Made by a program: the position numbers and the translations under genes. Positions 29,701-38,738 of a stretch of 64,000 bases of DNA are shown here, piece after piece. Location of the stretch: assembly GCA_038896535.1 (NCBI GenBank), contig JAWACY010000002.1, positions 91,002 through 155,001 on the forward strand. Reading direction: 5' to 3'. The DNA is from Candidatus Anstonellales archaeon. Lineage in GTDB: Archaea > Micrarchaeota > Micrarchaeia > Anstonellales > J096. The notes under the pieces were generated by a model that worked only from the letters and a program-made list of their open reading frames with translations, was not told where the DNA came from and ran no database searches. The stretch's first letter is position 1, and each line of letters begins with the position of its first letter.

Positions 29701-30680
29701 ATTGTAGAAGCTTTTGCATTCATATCAGCAAATGTTTTTGCCAGCTTTCTGTATTGCTTTTCAAACTCTTCTTTTTCTTGATCTCCTGAATTTTTACTTA
29801 TACTGTCTTTATAGAATTTTTGTAGTTTATCATAAAATTCTGAGACAATAAGATAAATAGATGCCAGCTTTCCTGCTTCTGCATCAAAAAGATGAAGATA
29901 CTTACTTGGCAATTTTCCTCCTTCTACCAATCTTTCTACTACTCCCCTTAAGTCATTCATGCCTTTACTCAACTCATCGTAAAAATCATTCATCGATTTT
30001 GTTAGGTCTACTTTTTGTTCTCTTTCTCCTATTTGTTCATTAGAAATTAAAATGGAATAACCCTTAGCTAGAGTCAAATTCAAATATGCAACAGAATCAT
30101 AAAGCTCTTTGCCGGTTTTGAGCTTTTTTTCATCAAATAATGCTTTCATAATAAGTCCTATTGTTGCTTCCATATATACATTTTTTTCTTTTGCTGGCAA
30201 TTCTAAACTTTGGCCAATTGAATCAAAACCATCATAAGCAATGCCAATAACTTGCAATAGACTAAGCCTTATTCTTCCAGCTTCTGTTCCAACATCTTTT
30301 AACTCTGCAAGAGATTTTATCACATCTGCAATCTCTTCATCCCCTAATCCTTTCCTTTTTGCAGCTAATTCAACAAGCATTGCTGCTTCTATTGTTGACG
30401 CATATCTTGCCTTTTCTTTAGGGTCTTTTTCATTCAATATACTCTCTATAAGTCCCCTATCAGTCCTTACAAGATAGGCAATTCTACCAAAAAAAGTTCT
30501 AGGCCATATTTTTGCATAACCTTGCTTTACTAATCTATCTATTAACTCACCTTCATTTTTTATTTGAAATTTGTTTACATATGCACTTAATACTTCTTCG
30601 CTTACCCCATATTTTTGTGCTAATTGCTTAACATCAATTTGTTTTTCAGTTGCTGTTTGATCAGGCATTTTTACACCCAT
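26724..30680 (-). CDS. Giant orphan protein (1318 aa): helical N-terminal half, Pro linker, C-terminal beta-barrel-like region
   Basis: Uninterrupted ORF; no signal peptide. Confidence 0.8.
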   Translation of the reverse strand: MGVKMPDQTATEKQIDVKQLAQKYGVSEEVLSAYVNKFQIKNEGELIDRLVKQGYAKIWPRTFFGRIAYLVRTDRGLIESILNEKDPKEKARYASTIEAAMLVELAAKRKGLGDEEIADVIKSLAELKDVGTEAGRIRLSLLQVIGIAYDGFDSIGQSLELPAKEKNVYMEATIGLIMKALFDEKKLKTGKELYDSVAYLNLTLAKGYSILISNEQIGEREQKVDLTKSMNDFYDELSKGMNDLRGVVERLVEGGKLPSKYLHLFDAEAGKLASIYLIVSEFYDKLQKFYKDSISKNSGDQEKEEFEKQYRKLAKTFADMNAKASTMTVANQFALILIQERLSYRSAGDREAFSIVSMRRQNFLTQIMNSMTADEYLSFVAELLDEDWYEKSINLRSMKYRDFNEYLEDKIKEKWSDVVWQQIKEKLKQKNITINENNEEDVKSLLWDYGYDINDVVFMLKNNVNLKDVIAQIEQLKKEDNDIRSELVSLAKRVGIEEDFMPLFLEPLIRRIALIQIMNKQLPDNEKVDVLNIIKEHLKTDNEISAFNEELNKNEYFAKGSEEQKQGLRILKLVESIQPKLPVKYVEVEQKPPESPLQPQPPQGATETRVYYKPAGEKKKGKGYSITASYEYSQEFLGYYPSVAWIVKYAKGSRVNDLNGLKEFVIRRYFGYVSEEANEVYRRRYNAVFDYFLNNTQRIFDSMSDTEKNNLRDSARKLIQELGLSNKISVEDAAAVLFAIQAVEYPFEDLVGNAFNAQNWIAGWQKATEGININRNVFGSQQKIENIQETIKAKNLKPGTYNIDILKPNGERITVYRVNVDNRGNVTVNAAAKDDILVTKNDRLVLTPENDRENIIMASSASMAILMLSQKNEKEEDNKKDALIWRNYFVLNGDVELGYGSVSRWGGEFSITMPVPSESVSRAPQLPKVEFYGMIDNVGTPIFIQPRKPDLTLLPVVPVVSLPTTATESIIRTEVVGYEISLTEFRSILPSDVGGNLAEEAIKKLQQNLTLTKQNGNWVVNVPTDDQIDQIPNIGENTKEGLKNVAHNLRNYNYTVTETNDKIFIEVKDSNGQKLGGLEFDKKDQEKIKPIIKEVREQRPRELTLKEKQKLFADRLRRTAIVGLEFREGPFTIQPQIMFVNGKFVNPGVGISTAFPIFGNENVGLAWLLSASATNALAIYGMAALSPYVRLGDLTVSPFVGFSSAGLMWGAGASYAIGGGKFGLSWARSPIPSVGLINTYTVSYERENWSVNPSISVIQVGPYFVPILTVIVSGAERAVNWLLEQIGLRTEDVDAWGRTITRDPEEMAEELFKNAEST

Positions 30681-30730
30681 TAAATTTTTATTTAGTTATA
30701 TTTAAAAATGTTGCTAAAATAAAAAAAGGT

Positions 30731-31309
30731 ATGAAAGCAATTTACATACATTTGTTTTGTATTGGCCTTATGTTATTAATTTTATTTGCTTCATTTATAA
30801 TAGCAAAACAGGAAATGCAAAGAAATACACTGCTTATAAGTGCTTTTGGATTCCTTGCCCTTTTATGGCTTATTTTTACAACATCATTGACAATTGCAAT
30901 TAAATTCCTGCCAAATAATGAGATATTGAAATTCTTAATAAAAGAAAGAAGGATTGTTGGGCTTTATGGCTTCTTTTTTGCTTTGATACATATCACTTTA
31001 GTACTAAACTTTTTTTTCAGATGGGACATTGAAAAGGCAATTTTTGGTAATACTTACAGATTTATTGGCGGGATCGCACTGCTTCTTTTATCATTATTAG
31101 CAATAACAAGCAATAATTTCTCTATGGCATTATTAAAGAAAAACTGGAAAACATTGCATTATTTAATATATATAATAATAATTCTAGCGCTAATTCATGC
31201 AGCAAACATAGGCTTAATTTTCATGAAAAATGATTACATAAAATATGGCATAATACTTTTATCAGCAGCAGTTTTATTATATAAATTTAAAAATCTTTTC
31301 TTAAAATAG
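30731..31309 (+). CDS. Ferric-reductase-like heme membrane protein (MsrQ/YedZ family)
   Basis: RR.VGL..FF.AL.H, LAITSN, WK.LH.L.Y and second-His motifs. Confidence 0.85.
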   Translation: MKAIYIHLFCIGLMLLILFASFIIAKQEMQRNTLLISAFGFLALLWLIFTTSLTIAIKFLPNNEILKFLIKERRIVGLYGFFFALIHITLVLNFFFRWDIEKAIFGNTYRFIGGIALLLLSLLAITSNNFSMALLKKNWKTLHYLIYIIIILALIHAANIGLIFMKNDYIKYGIILLSAAVLLYKFKNLFLK

Positions 31310-31312
31310 AGT

Positions 31313-31744
31313 ATGGAGTATAATAAATTTTATGCTTTATTCCTTATATTGATGCTAATTTTCTTATATGGCTGTTATCAAAGCACAAGCCCATCAAATA
31401 CTGAAATCAAAGAGGAGTTAGCAAATATTAATAAAAGTAATGAAAGCATTAATGTAATTAATATAACAAGCAGTGGTTTTATACCAGACACAATAAAAAT
31501 AAAGAAAGGCCAGGCAGTGAAATTCGTTAATGTCGATACAAACAAACATTGGCCAGCATCAGATGTCCATCCAACACATAATGTATATCCTGAAAAAGGG
31601 GGTTGTATAGGGAGTAAATTCGATGCATGCAAGCCCTTGCAAAAAGATGAGTCATTTATATTTGTATTCAATGAAATAGGAACTTGGGATTATCATGACC
31701 ATCTAAACCCTGGATTAAAAGGTAAAATTATTGTTGAGGGCTGA
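31313..31744 (+). CDS. Cupredoxin-fold lipoprotein
   Basis: Lipobox-like LYGC; GF.P..I.IKKG..V.F.N, HWPASD.HPTH and W.YHDHL.P...G.I.V motifs. Confidence 0.82.
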   Translation: MEYNKFYALFLILMLIFLYGCYQSTSPSNTEIKEELANINKSNESINVINITSSGFIPDTIKIKKGQAVKFVNVDTNKHWPASDVHPTHNVYPEKGGCIGSKFDACKPLQKDESFIFVFNEIGTWDYHDHLNPGLKGKIIVEG

Positions 31745-31799
31745 GAAATAAAAAAGAAAAAAAGCAAACATATTTATTATTTTACACCCTATTTATTTT

Positions 31800-32210
31800 A
31801 TGTTCTCAAAAAAATTTCTCTATACATTGGATGCAGATGAAGTTATTGATATAACACATGATATAAAAAATGCTGTTGAAGAAAGCAAGATAAAGAATGG
31901 CATATGCAATGTTTTTGCTAAAGGTTCTACTGCCGCATTAATATTGAGTGAGTATGAGCATGGCCATATAAAAGATTTATTTAATGCAATGGAAATAATA
32001 GCGCCATCAAAAAATTATTATGAGCATGACAAAGCATGGCATGATGGCAATGGAAAAAGCCACATAAGAGCAGCATTTTTACAGCAACATTTGACAATGC
32101 CATTAATAAACAAAAGGCTTGAAATAGGCCAATGGCAAAACATTCTATTGATAAATCTTGATACAAGAAAAAGAGAAAGGGAAGTATTGCTTTCTATATT
32201 GGAGGGCTAA
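31800..32210 (+). CDS. YjbQ / UPF0047 family protein
   Basis: GSTAA, Y.H....DGNG.SH.RA and G.WQ.I motifs. Confidence 0.9.
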   Translation: MFSKKFLYTLDADEVIDITHDIKNAVEESKIKNGICNVFAKGSTAALILSEYEHGHIKDLFNAMEIIAPSKNYYEHDKAWHDGNGKSHIRAAFLQQHLTMPLINKRLEIGQWQNILLINLDTRKREREVLLSILEG

Positions 32211-32211
32211 A

Positions 32212-32583
32212 ATGAGAAAAGGCATAAACGCAGAAAGAGAGCTTTTTCATTTACTAGAAAATAAAGGGTTCTTCGTAATAAGGGCTGCTGGTTCAGGGCA
32301 TCTAAAAAGCCCTGACTTACTTGCTTTTAAACTCGGCACTTATATTGGTTTTGAAGTAAAGGCACACAATAAAAAAGAATTAAGATTTAGCAGAGAGCAG
32401 CTGGATAATATGGAAAAATGGGAAAAAAACACAGGCATTGCTTTATACATAGCATGGAAAGTGCCCAAAAAAGGTTTTTTGTTTCTTCCTACAAAATATA
32501 TAAACAAAAACGACGGAGCAAAAACTGTTAGCATAAAACTTGATGAAGCTTATAAACTTGCTTACAAAGAATGGGAACTTTAA
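32212..32583 (+). CDS. hjc: Holliday junction resolvase Hjc
   Basis: KG..AEREL, R.AGSG, PDL.A and EVK motifs. Confidence 0.92.
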   Translation: MRKGINAERELFHLLENKGFFVIRAAGSGHLKSPDLLAFKLGTYIGFEVKAHNKKELRFSREQLDNMEKWEKNTGIALYIAWKVPKKGFLFLPTKYINKNDGAKTVSIKLDEAYKLAYKEWEL

Positions 32584-32584
32584 C

Positions 32585-33880
32585 TTATGCTCTTGGCTTT
32601 TTTTCCTTCGGCGGAGGGTATGTTTTTTCTTCTCTTGGTTTTTCCTGGGCCGGATATTCAGCATAGTAATACCTAATCGGATCTGGATTCCAAGGGTTAG
32701 TTAAACCGGCCGCGATAAACCTTGCTATAACATGTTGTAATATTTCTGCTTCTGAAGCAATATTTTTCATTACATCTTCTTTTATTCCAAGGGCACTTAT
32801 GTTTTTAAACAATTCATATTCATCTCCTTTCGTATAATCACCCCCTCGCGGTAGATAATATGAATTAATCTGTGTTAAAAAAGAAAATGGTTTATCACTA
32901 GATATCATGTTTGTTGCTTCTATTAAATATTTTCTAGCTTTCTCTCCTTCACCTATTCCAATAATAAGATTTGTATGCCCAACAAATGAATCTTCTTTCT
33001 TTTTATCTTCTTTTAATAAAAATGCATTCATGTAAGAAATGCTGACTTTTTCTTTTTCATTTCTAAGAGCTATTGATAAAAAAGACCCTAAAAGAAATGA
33101 GCTAGAATCACAATCTAAGACTCTTTCATTCATTGCGCTTACAAGATCAGCTGTTGCTTTTGGCTTATAACCCAACATCCACACAGATAAAGTCATTGAT
33201 ATAATAGCAGCTTCAATCTTTTCTTCAGTAGTCAAATACCTCCTTTCCTCTGATATAGTTTTAGAAATTATTCCATTATAAAGTGCCTGTGTTAAAGTCA
33301 TTATGCGCAAAAAATTTCTAACTTGATTCTTTACTTCTCTATATTTTTTATTTCCCATCTCTGCTTTCAGATGATCAAACTTATTATAGAACTGTTCTTC
33401 ATTTTCATATCCTATTGATCCTAAGAATACAATTATCTTTTCATCTACCATATCTTCTGCTAAAAGCTCTGGACTCATAATTTTTAATACATCTGCCGGC
33501 CTTTTTTCTTTTTGCCCATCAATTCTTGCTGCTATAGTATTTCCTCCTTTGCTGTATTCTATTATTAATGAGCTAATAGCAAGGCCGTGCTGTTTAAACT
33601 TGTTTTCTAATATTTCTTTAACCATATTTATCTTTCTGCCAACTTCTTTTTCATCTCCTTCCCTATGCAAGAAATAAAGCACTAACTTCCCTGTCTTTTT
33701 AAATTCTTCTACTGCTTTCTTGTAAGCATCAATATTTACCCCTGTCATTTTTAATTGAGTGATAGTATGTTGTGATAATAAAACTTCATTGGCAAATCTC
33801 TCTCTGTCTTTTTTATCTTTTAAATCATATTTAGTTTTTTCTTGCTTTTGCTCTTTGCTCTTTTGCACACCATTTGCCAT
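32585..33880 (-). CDS. Orphan protein with a putative transglutaminase/papain-like Cys-His-acid triad
   Basis: LDCDSSSFL ... GHTNL ... YLIEAT order and spacing; charged N- and C-terminal tails. Confidence 0.6.
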   Translation of the reverse strand: MANGVQKSKEQKQEKTKYDLKDKKDRERFANEVLLSQHTITQLKMTGVNIDAYKKAVEEFKKTGKLVLYFLHREGDEKEVGRKINMVKEILENKFKQHGLAISSLIIEYSKGGNTIAARIDGQKEKRPADVLKIMSPELLAEDMVDEKIIVFLGSIGYENEEQFYNKFDHLKAEMGNKKYREVKNQVRNFLRIMTLTQALYNGIISKTISEERRYLTTEEKIEAAIISMTLSVWMLGYKPKATADLVSAMNERVLDCDSSSFLLGSFLSIALRNEKEKVSISYMNAFLLKEDKKKEDSFVGHTNLIIGIGEGEKARKYLIEATNMISSDKPFSFLTQINSYYLPRGGDYTKGDEYELFKNISALGIKEDVMKNIASEAEILQHVIARFIAAGLTNPWNPDPIRYYYAEYPAQEKPREEKTYPPPKEKKPRA

Positions 33881-33926
33881 ATTAACATTAATAGTAGATG
33901 TTTTTAAATTTTTAGTGTCTCGAAAG

Positions 33927-35678
33927 TTAAATAATTTCTAATGTATCAATGTTTAAAAGTTCTAAGCATGTTTTTATTACTGCTAAAAATCTTTTTGTCA
34001 GAAAAAGGCGTTTATGTGCTTGCTCTTTATCTTCGCTTATTATTTTGTATTTCTCATAAAATGTATTGAATGCATTGGCAAGTTCAAATGCATAATCTGC
34101 AATGACATTTGGCTCGAAAGTATTTGCAGACTTTTGGACATAATATGGAAATTGCCATATCAATCTTGCAACTGCCCTTTCATCCTCATTTAATACAACA
34201 TTTAGAGATAGCTGCTTTTTTTCCATTTCTTTATACTCAGCATTATAATCAGCAATATCGCTTTTAACTTTATTTAAAATACTATTTGCCCTTGCATAGG
34301 CATATAGTAAATAAACACCGCTTGCCCCATCTAACTTCAATGCTTTATCCCAATCAAAAACAACAATGCTGTTGTTTGCCATTCTCAACATTGAGTATTT
34401 AATTGCAGCAAGTGCTATTTTTTTCTTATCCCCCCTCTCAATCCTTGCAATGCCCTCATTAAGCAAATCATCTGCAGTAAAACCTATCCATGTGCCTTTT
34501 CTCCCTGAAAAACGCTCTTCTTTTTTTCTAACATGGCCATAAGATACATGGAAAAAGTCATTTTCATTAATAATGCCCATCTCAACTAATGCTTTCTTCA
34601 ATACATTTTGATGGGGCTGTTGTTCCTGCCCAATAACATTTATGATGATTGGGTCTTTCACATTATAAAAATTAAGCCCTTCATCAGAGGATTCATAAAT
34701 GCCATTATGAGATTTAAATAAAATGCAACATAAATGGCCTGCTTTAAACATATGAAATATTATGTCTTTTCCAAGATATGTTGGTATGCCATTGCTTCTA
34801 ACAATCACTTTATATTGATTATCATTTTGATTAGCATCATTTATTTTTATTACAACGCAATCTTTATACTCTCCTTGCTCCGGCATTTCAACATTTTTAA
34901 GTGCCTTTATTTTTCTTATCCCATCATCAAATAATTTTATAACATCGCTTTCATAAATTGCAAAATCATGCCTTACTCCATATTCCCTAGCAGTCTCCCT
35001 TTGTGCATTTACAACATTTCTTATGAATTCCTTAAAACCTTGCTCTTTTCCGGCTTCAATATTTTTCATTAATTCTGCTATTTCTTTTATATTCTCTTCC
35101 TTCTCAGCCAGTTCATTTGCTTTTATATAATCAAGCCCAATATCAAAATCAAATTTCCCAGTGTTTTGTGTTTTGCCAAATTTTTTATAATACCAATAAC
35201 TTTGTGCAACCTGAAGGCCAAGGTCATTTATATAGTCCATTCTTATTACATCATAGCCATAATAATGCATAATATTCGAGATTGCCATGCATATAAGTGC
35301 ATTTCTTAAATGGCCAATATGCCATGGTTTATTTGGGTTAACAGAAGGCCCCTCTATTATGCAATGTCTCTTTTTTCTCTCAAATGTATAAGAAGAGAAT
35401 AGCAAATTTTTATTATCCGCATAGAGGTTTAAAAATCCGTTAATGGCTTTTAAACGAAATCCGCTTAAATTGTATTTATCAAGATCAATGCTTTCTAAAT
35501 CTTGGGCAATTTTATAAACATTCCCGCCTTTTTCTTTTGCTATTTTGAATGCTATTGTACTTGCTATGTCCCCCTGCTCTTGAGATTTTGGCAATGATAT
35601 TGTATTAAAAACAAGCTCATTTGCTAATCCTGTTTCTTTTGCTATAGCATATGAAAACTTATTTATAACATCAAGCAC
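33927..35678 (-). CDS. argS: Arginyl-tRNA synthetase
   Basis: S.NPNKP.HIGH.RN (HIGH motif), SGRKG, YL.YAY.RA.SI. Confidence 0.95.
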   Translation of the reverse strand: MLDVINKFSYAIAKETGLANELVFNTISLPKSQEQGDIASTIAFKIAKEKGGNVYKIAQDLESIDLDKYNLSGFRLKAINGFLNLYADNKNLLFSSYTFERKKRHCIIEGPSVNPNKPWHIGHLRNALICMAISNIMHYYGYDVIRMDYINDLGLQVAQSYWYYKKFGKTQNTGKFDFDIGLDYIKANELAEKEENIKEIAELMKNIEAGKEQGFKEFIRNVVNAQRETAREYGVRHDFAIYESDVIKLFDDGIRKIKALKNVEMPEQGEYKDCVVIKINDANQNDNQYKVIVRSNGIPTYLGKDIIFHMFKAGHLCCILFKSHNGIYESSDEGLNFYNVKDPIIINVIGQEQQPHQNVLKKALVEMGIINENDFFHVSYGHVRKKEERFSGRKGTWIGFTADDLLNEGIARIERGDKKKIALAAIKYSMLRMANNSIVVFDWDKALKLDGASGVYLLYAYARANSILNKVKSDIADYNAEYKEMEKKQLSLNVVLNEDERAVARLIWQFPYYVQKSANTFEPNVIADYAFELANAFNTFYEKYKIISEDKEQAHKRLFLTKRFLAVIKTCLELLNIDTLEII

Positions 35679-35731
35679 ATAACCACCTGGTCTCAGATTT
35701 TTAAATAAATAAAGTCAATTTCATAACGTTT

Positions 35732-36409
35732 TCAGCCATAAACTTTTGGTTGCTCTGATGGAAAATGAATAAATATTTTACTTATTTCTTCCTTTATTTT
35801 CTCTTTCTCTTTCTTATCTATTTTTATTTTATCTAATTTCTCCTCCCATTGTTTTAAAGAATCAAGCACTGCTGCTAAAAGTTCATCTTTTGTAATGTCA
35901 GAGAGCACTATTAAGAGTTGTGCTGCATAACTGTTTTTTGATTGCCCCAACCCTTTTATCGCCCTCAAAGATAAAAGCCTCGATTCCTGCGTATTAAGAT
36001 TTAAATATCTCGTCAGATGGAAGCTTAATAATTTCAAGCTCAATGTATCATCAAAATTTAGCAATAATGATAAAAAGTCATCTATGCCATCAAAAGAGGA
36101 AGTGTAATCAAGCACTGCTGTTGTTATATCTTCTGCTTTTATATTTTGCCCCCTTTCTTTTGCAAGTGACATGCTTAAAAAATCTCTAAAATATCTAAAT
36201 GAGCTTAACCTTTCATTTATTATGGCTATAATATAACCCTTTATTACATCATCATTTTTTTTGTATATCTCTACCAATTCCTTTTTCAAGCTCTCTTTAT
36301 CAGCCCATGATAATGCAACAGGATAAGATGATATATCACTAATAATTTTTCTTACCCTCTCTCTTATAATTTCATAATTCACATTTTCTTTTGGCATTTT
36401 ATCCCTCAT
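35732..36409 (-). CDS. Hypothetical helical-repeat protein
   Basis: 225-aa ORF, ATGA-coupled to the upstream gene. Confidence 0.6.
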   Translation of the reverse strand: MRDKMPKENVNYEIIRERVRKIISDISSYPVALSWADKESLKKELVEIYKKNDDVIKGYIIAIINERLSSFRYFRDFLSMSLAKERGQNIKAEDITTAVLDYTSSFDGIDDFLSLLLNFDDTLSLKLLSFHLTRYLNLNTQESRLLSLRAIKGLGQSKNSYAAQLLIVLSDITKDELLAAVLDSLKQWEEKLDKIKIDKKEKEKIKEEISKIFIHFPSEQPKVYG

Positions 36410-36819
36410 ATGATTTTTATTTCTAAATCAGCAATTAAATGTGAGGCATAGGATATAAAAGCATATACTACCTGCTCTTGGATAATAAAAAATATAAAAC
36501 CAGTATATAATAACAATGCAACAATCGAATGCGTAAAACCCCTATGCCTTGGTATAAAAACCACTGTTAATATATAAACAATTAAAACAATTGCACTATA
36601 AAGAACATTGTTTGTGAAAAGCCATAATGCAAATGCAAAAGCAATAGATAAGGCAAAAACAAGTTTTCTTATTATGCTTGTTCCTATGTCTATGTCTGGG
36701 AGAAGTGATGATATAATTATTAATGGAACTGCCATCATAAAATTTTCTATGTCATTTTTATAAAATGCTGCAAAAAGGCAGAGAACAAGTGCTACTATGA
36801 TATGCATATACCATTGCAT
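36406..36819 (-). CDS. Membrane-bound metal-dependent hydrolase (YdjM family)
   Basis: N-terminal His, LPDID, HRGFTHS and SHL.AD motifs. Confidence 0.88.
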   Translation of the reverse strand: MQWYMHIIVALVLCLFAAFYKNDIENFMMAVPLIIISSLLPDIDIGTSIIRKLVFALSIAFAFALWLFTNNVLYSAIVLIVYILTVVFIPRHRGFTHSIVALLLYTGFIFFIIQEQVVYAFISYASHLIADLEIKII

Positions 36820-36867
36820 AATAAAGAAAAAATGATAAAATTTAAATACTTATTACAAAATGATATT

Positions 36868-38688
36868 ATGTGCGGTATAACTGGTTATATAGGAAAATTG
36901 CCTGCATCAATAGAAGCAATAAATGCGTTGTCAATACTCGAATATAGGGGATATGATTCAGCAGGCATAGCTGCAAGTAATGGAAAAAATATTATAACAA
37001 AAAAATTGAACGGATATGTAGAAGAGCTTAAAAAAGAAGTGCTGACAAACAAGATTTTTTTGAGCACTGATTATTATATGGCAATAGCCCATACAAGATG
37101 GGCTACACACGGAAAGCCAACAATGAAAAATGCACACCCTCATTTAAGTTGCAATAATGAAATTGCTATAGTACATAATGGGATAATAGAAAATTATGAA
37201 GAAATAAAGGAGATGCTTATACATAAAGGCCATGTCTTTAATTCAGAAACTGATTCAGAAGTTATAGCACATTTAATAGAAGAGCATATGAAAAGCAAAA
37301 CATTCATAGAAGCAACAAAAAAGGCATTAGAAATGCTTAAAGGAACTTATGGACTTGCAATTTTATCAAGTAAGCATGATTGCATAATATGCGCAAGATT
37401 AGCCAGTCCATTAAAAATAGGCGTTGCAAATCATGGCTTTTATATAAGTTCTGACGTTAATGCCTTAATAGGCAGGGCACAAAAATACCTTTCCTTGAAT
37501 GATGGGCAGATTGCAATAATAAAAAGGGATTCTTACAAAATAGAAGGAAATGCTGAATTAAAGGCAATTTCATTTACAAAAGATGAAGTCTCAAAAGGAG
37601 CTTTCCCAACTTATATGCTTAAAGAGATATTTGAACAAGAAAAAGCTGTCAGGATGGCATTGTCTGGAAAAAGCAACTTTGGCAGGCTTAAATTGCTTAA
37701 AGAACAGATAAATAAGGGAAATGCTGAATATGGCCTTGGAGATATTGGCAGCATTAATGTTTCATACATGAAAAAAGTAAAGAGAATTGCATTGATAGGA
37801 GCAGGCACATCTTACCATGCTTGTTTATTGGGCTCATATTTATTTAATTCCATAAATGATTTTGAAGCACATGCATTTCTATCATCAGAAGCGATAAAAA
37901 CAATAAAGCCGCATTATGACCTATACATATTTATAAGCCAATCAGGAGAAACAGCAGATACGATTGAAGTATTAAGGCAAGTAAACAAAATGGGTAAGCC
38001 AACATTTGGCATATGCAATGTGCCTGGAAGCACAATAGCAGAAGAAACAATGGGGGGCAAATTTACCTATGCTGGCCCAGAGTTAAGCGTTGCTTCAACA
38101 AAATCTTTTACAACACAGCTTGCAGTTCTATATCTCATGTATTTATACTTTAAAGCTGTTAATAATATTGATGTAGAGCAGGAATTAAAAGAACTTGAAA
38201 GACTGCCGGAAAAAATAGGAAAATGCATAATGGAAAATGATAAGAAAGCAAAAGATCTTGCATATGAAATAGGAAATTCAAATTATCTTATTTACATAGG
38301 AAGAAATTTATACTACCCAATAGCACTTGAAGGAGCATTGAAAATGAAGGAGATAGCTTATATTCCATGCATCGCATATGCAGGAGGGGAATTAAAACAC
38401 GGCCCATTAGCACTTGTTAATGAAAATACTAATGTCATAGCAATAAATCCTGAGAATGAAGCAAAGCATGAGATGGAAAGCAACATAAAAGAAGTTGAAG
38501 CAAGGAGGGGAAATATTATACTCATATCTGATCATAATGCTAATTTCAATTTGCCCAAAACAATGCCAGTATTTTATCCAATTCTCTCTATATTACCATT
38601 ACAACTCTTAGCACATCATACAGCTACAATAAAAGGGAATAACATTGATAAGCCAAGGAATTTAGCAAAAAGTGTTACTGTAAAATAA
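36868..38688 (+). CDS. glmS: Glutamine-fructose-6-phosphate aminotransferase
   Basis: MCGI N-terminal nucleophile, LEYRGYDSAG, HTRWATHG, SQSGET and PRNLAKSVTV. Confidence 0.97.
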   Translation: MCGITGYIGKLPASIEAINALSILEYRGYDSAGIAASNGKNIITKKLNGYVEELKKEVLTNKIFLSTDYYMAIAHTRWATHGKPTMKNAHPHLSCNNEIAIVHNGIIENYEEIKEMLIHKGHVFNSETDSEVIAHLIEEHMKSKTFIEATKKALEMLKGTYGLAILSSKHDCIICARLASPLKIGVANHGFYISSDVNALIGRAQKYLSLNDGQIAIIKRDSYKIEGNAELKAISFTKDEVSKGAFPTYMLKEIFEQEKAVRMALSGKSNFGRLKLLKEQINKGNAEYGLGDIGSINVSYMKKVKRIALIGAGTSYHACLLGSYLFNSINDFEAHAFLSSEAIKTIKPHYDLYIFISQSGETADTIEVLRQVNKMGKPTFGICNVPGSTIAEETMGGKFTYAGPELSVASTKSFTTQLAVLYLMYLYFKAVNNIDVEQELKELERLPEKIGKCIMENDKKAKDLAYEIGNSNYLIYIGRNLYYPIALEGALKMKEIAYIPCIAYAGGELKHGPLALVNENTNVIAINPENEAKHEMESNIKEVEARRGNIILISDHNANFNLPKTMPVFYPILSILPLQLLAHHTATIKGNNIDKPRNLAKSVTVK

Positions 38689-38738
38689 GAAAGTGAATAA
38701 GAAGGTAAATAAGAAAGATTTTTTAACCCTACTATTGA

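Noticed and set aside
15312-30680. Provirus interpretation of the giant-gene cluster
   Set aside because: No capsid, terminase, packaging ATPase, integrase or small-gene density; promoters and SDs look host-like
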